This document shows positions 57,073 to 59,258 of a stretch of DNA of 59,258 nt, piece by piece (the stretch's first letter is position 1; each line of letters opens with the position of its first letter). Origin of the DNA: an uncultured bacterium (GTDB lineage: Bacteria; Hinthialibacterota; Hinthialibacteria; Hinthialibacterales; JAKPRU01). The notes beneath the pieces are model-generated. The model ran no database searches and had not been told where the DNA came from. It saw nothing but the letters and a program-made list of their open reading frames with translations. Both the position numbers and the translations under genes were made by a program. The stretch covers positions 1 through 59,258 of the forward strand of contig CAZTDD010000026.1 in assembly GCA_964612675.1 (NCBI GenBank), written 5' to 3'.

Positions 57073-57305
57073 GGCGGTACACTCCTTCGTGGCGATGAGA
57101 ACTCGCTCTTTCTCAGAGTTCGCAACTGAGCGCCGTTCTCGTACTCATAGGAGAATTCTCTATCAGTTGCACAGTAGTAGTCAACGGCACGGTTTGCAGA
57201 CTTTCCGAACCGGCTGTCTTTTGCGTGCGTTTCCACCAAATGAAGTATTGTCCGTCGGAATTTCTTCAACGGTTCATGGAGATGTTGGAGGTGGAGGTGG
57301 TGAGA

Positions 57306-59246
57306 TTACATTCCACCGATCCTCCCATTCAGCTTTAAATCATTCACCAACACGGATGATTCTACTCCAGGCCCACCATTCTGAACGACGCAGAGAACAG
57401 GAAACGCTGGATTCTCGGCGGTGAATCCGCCACCGATGGTCACCTCCTGGAATTCAGCACCCGCTAATCCTGCGTTGTTTACGAAGACACCGACGTTGCC
57501 GTTTCCGTTTGTCATTACCAACGCCGTTACGCCACCCTCTCCATCGAACAATCGCGCATCGACCGATGCCTGAAGCATATGTGGAAAACCGCCCTGGAGC
57601 TGACTCGCGAAGGCGCCGATATTCGCGGCGTCATTCGTTTGCGTGAGTGACAATAGGAAATTGTTCCCGCCTTGTGCATCCGGGAACGGAAGCGCTGTTC
57701 CGCCATTTTCGGCCATTACATTCTTTAATAAACCGGACGTATCTCCGTCAAACGAACCATCGACATCCAGCGTGACATTTTCAAATGGAAATTCCGGCAA
57801 TTCGGAAATAACCAGATTATCGAAATACACTTTTACCGGTCCCGCTGCCGATTCCGGCAAAGCGACTTGAAGTCCAGGCTGAAGCGCGTCCGAAGGCGGA
57901 TCATAAATGAGAACGAATTTGCCCCACTCGCCGACAGGCACATCCGCACCACTTGCGTTCGAATACCCCAGCTGTCCATCAATCGGCGAATTGAGTGCGG
58001 CTAACGCCGCTGAACAACCTTCGCCATCGGCTCGCACATTTACGGACAACAACACTGCACCGTCGCCCGTCGAGATCGGCACGGTCGAAATCGCCAATGT
58101 GCCCTGGCCCGGTTGAGCTTCGATAATCAAGCCACGGCCGTCCGTGCCTGGACCTGCTGGAACGTCACCGACGGAAATTGCCGCTGCGTCAAATCCGGTT
58201 GCGGGACTATACACAAATCCTGCTTCTTCGACTGTTGCTTCCGAGAAATCGATCTGAGCGAGAACATTCTGCGGAGCCGGCGTTGGTGTCGGCTCGTCGC
58301 CACCCTCAAGCGGTCGATAATATTTTCCGCGATTGTCCGCGTATGCTACATTACCGAGCGTGTCGACCGCTTGGACAAAAAACTCGATACCGGCGACTTT
58401 CGTTAATTCGCCTTGCCAGATCAATGGATTCGAAGACAACTGGTCAAGATCAACTGGGTTCCATTCGCCGGTTCCGTCCGTCCATAACGCGACAACTCGA
58501 TACAACGGATCGCCGTCGACATCTTCCGCTTCAACAGTAATCAAAACGCGTTCGCCCTGAACGATTACGGACGGATCGCTGACAGTCGGTGGTGTTTCGC
58601 TGGATTCGCTGCCTGTGTAATACGTGCTGTAGCGAAGTTCTTCGTACAGGCGCTCCTGCTTCGTTTGATCGTTGTATTGACCCGCAACGAAGACGAAACG
58701 TTGAAGCGGAGGCAGGCCGCCCTGCGCCGCAATTGTATTCACCGTAAACGGTATCGCAGGGAAGAAGCCTTGTTTATCGAAAATTCCTTCTTGGGCTTCG
58801 CCCGCTCCCCATTGCGAACCTTCGATGACAGGGTCGAAATTGTCGATTACTTCGTATTTCGCATACTCAAGGACAGCACCTTTCGGGAAGAAGCCTTCAG
58901 TGCCGGTGATATAGCCTGCGCGCGGCTGGACCGGTTCATTGACGTTGGCCTGAGTGATTCCATTAAATGCATAGAAAATCCCGGATTCGGTTTCGTGTTT
59001 TTCGAGGAATTGTTTGTCAATCAATTCGATACGCTGGCTGCGGAGGAGTCCTTCTCCGACGGCGTTCGGTTCTGCCCAGAGGATATTTTCCCTCACCCTA
59101 ACCCTCTCCCAGAGGGAGAGGGGACTGGTTGTCTTTGGCAGCAAGTCTTCTTTTCTTTCTGTGACGGAGAGCGGACTCTCCGTTTCTGCAAGTAGTTTCT
59201 TCTCCCTCTCCCAGAGGGAGAGGGGACTGGTTGTCTTTGGCAGCAA
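57306..59246 (-). CDS. large secreted/surface hypothetical protein (5' end uncertain, N-terminus reads through repeats)
   Basis: Long ORF with Gly/Asp-rich beta-type composition. The first ~55 codons are translations of the CCCTCTCCC/GGGAGAGGG repeat, so the true start or upstream extension is unresolved at the window edge. Confidence 0.5.
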   Translation of the reverse strand: MLPKTTSPLSLWEREKKLLAETESPLSVTERKEDLLPKTTSPLSLWERVRVRENILWAEPNAVGEGLLRSQRIELIDKQFLEKHETESGIFYAFNGITQANVNEPVQPRAGYITGTEGFFPKGAVLEYAKYEVIDNFDPVIEGSQWGAGEAQEGIFDKQGFFPAIPFTVNTIAAQGGLPPLQRFVFVAGQYNDQTKQERLYEELRYSTYYTGSESSETPPTVSDPSVIVQGERVLITVEAEDVDGDPLYRVVALWTDGTGEWNPVDLDQLSSNPLIWQGELTKVAGIEFFVQAVDTLGNVAYADNRGKYYRPLEGGDEPTPTPAPQNVLAQIDFSEATVEEAGFVYSPATGFDAAAISVGDVPAGPGTDGRGLIIEAQPGQGTLAISTVPISTGDGAVLLSVNVRADGEGCSAALAALNSPIDGQLGYSNASGADVPVGEWGKFVLIYDPPSDALQPGLQVALPESAAGPVKVYFDNLVISELPEFPFENVTLDVDGSFDGDTSGLLKNVMAENGGTALPFPDAQGGNNFLLSLTQTNDAANIGAFASQLQGGFPHMLQASVDARLFDGEGGVTALVMTNGNGNVGVFVNNAGLAGAEFQEVTIGGGFTAENPAFPVLCVVQNGGPGVESSVLVNDLKLNGRIGGM

Positions 59247-59258
59247 GTCTTCTTTTCT
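59093..59258. repeat. two copies of the 55-bp unit CCCTCTCCCAGAGGGAGAGGGGACTGGTTGTCTTTGGCAGCAAGTCTTCTTTTCT, 96 bp apart, running into the window edge
   Basis: Copies at ~59108-59162 and ~59204-59258. An internal palindrome CGGAGAGCGGACTCTCCG lies between them. Confidence 0.65.

Overview
This 59 kb window is GC-rich (about 55-60 % by eye) and densely coding. The gene content points to an anaerobic bacterium with a PVC-superphylum-like repertoire: a prepilin-type pseudopilin, Tat-exported Gfo/Idh/MocA oxidoreductases, a formylglycine-generating-enzyme family protein and DUF4838/DUF1349-like secreted proteins. Housekeeping content includes a YebC regulator, an ilvB-ilvN-ilvC operon followed by an orphan TRAP DctM permease, panB, a DegT-family aminotransferase, mlaEFD, sat (ATP sulfurylase), a B12-binding radical SAM protein and an SDR. 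Accessory content includes a RelE/ParE toxin pseudogene with a Phd/YefM antitoxin, a VapB(UPF0175)-VapC pair, an MNT-HEPN pair, and a second HEPN paralog translationally coupled to a 523-aa AAA+ ATPase. There is also a family-1 encapsulin with a ferritin-like cargo. The most striking feature is an 11-gene, largely translationally coupled redox supercluster on the minus strand (31394-45857). Its order is mvhD-like, metF, two GltB-like FMN-domain genes, a GltA/GltC-like fusion, hdrC, hdrB, a 1508-aa HdrA protein with a GltD-like NAD(P)H module and a second HdrA module, mvhD, then a MetV-like gene. It resembles the HdrABC-MvhD-MetFV methylene-THF reductase complex of acetogens, enlarged by an archaeal-type glutamate-synthase-like module. 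Several families of structured intergenic repeats are present. These are GGGAGGGCGAGSCTCCC hairpin units in a MITE-like element and as tandem copies inside the redox operon, two copies of a 142-nt nested-hairpin element upstream of unrelated genes, and CCCTCTCCC...GGGAGAGGG palindromic units. Near-consensus sigma70-like promoters (TTGACA-N17/18-GATAATCCT), a palindromic candidate operator and several intrinsic terminators are also noted. Coordinates of features I derived myself (not taken from the ORF track) may be off by 1-2 nt.
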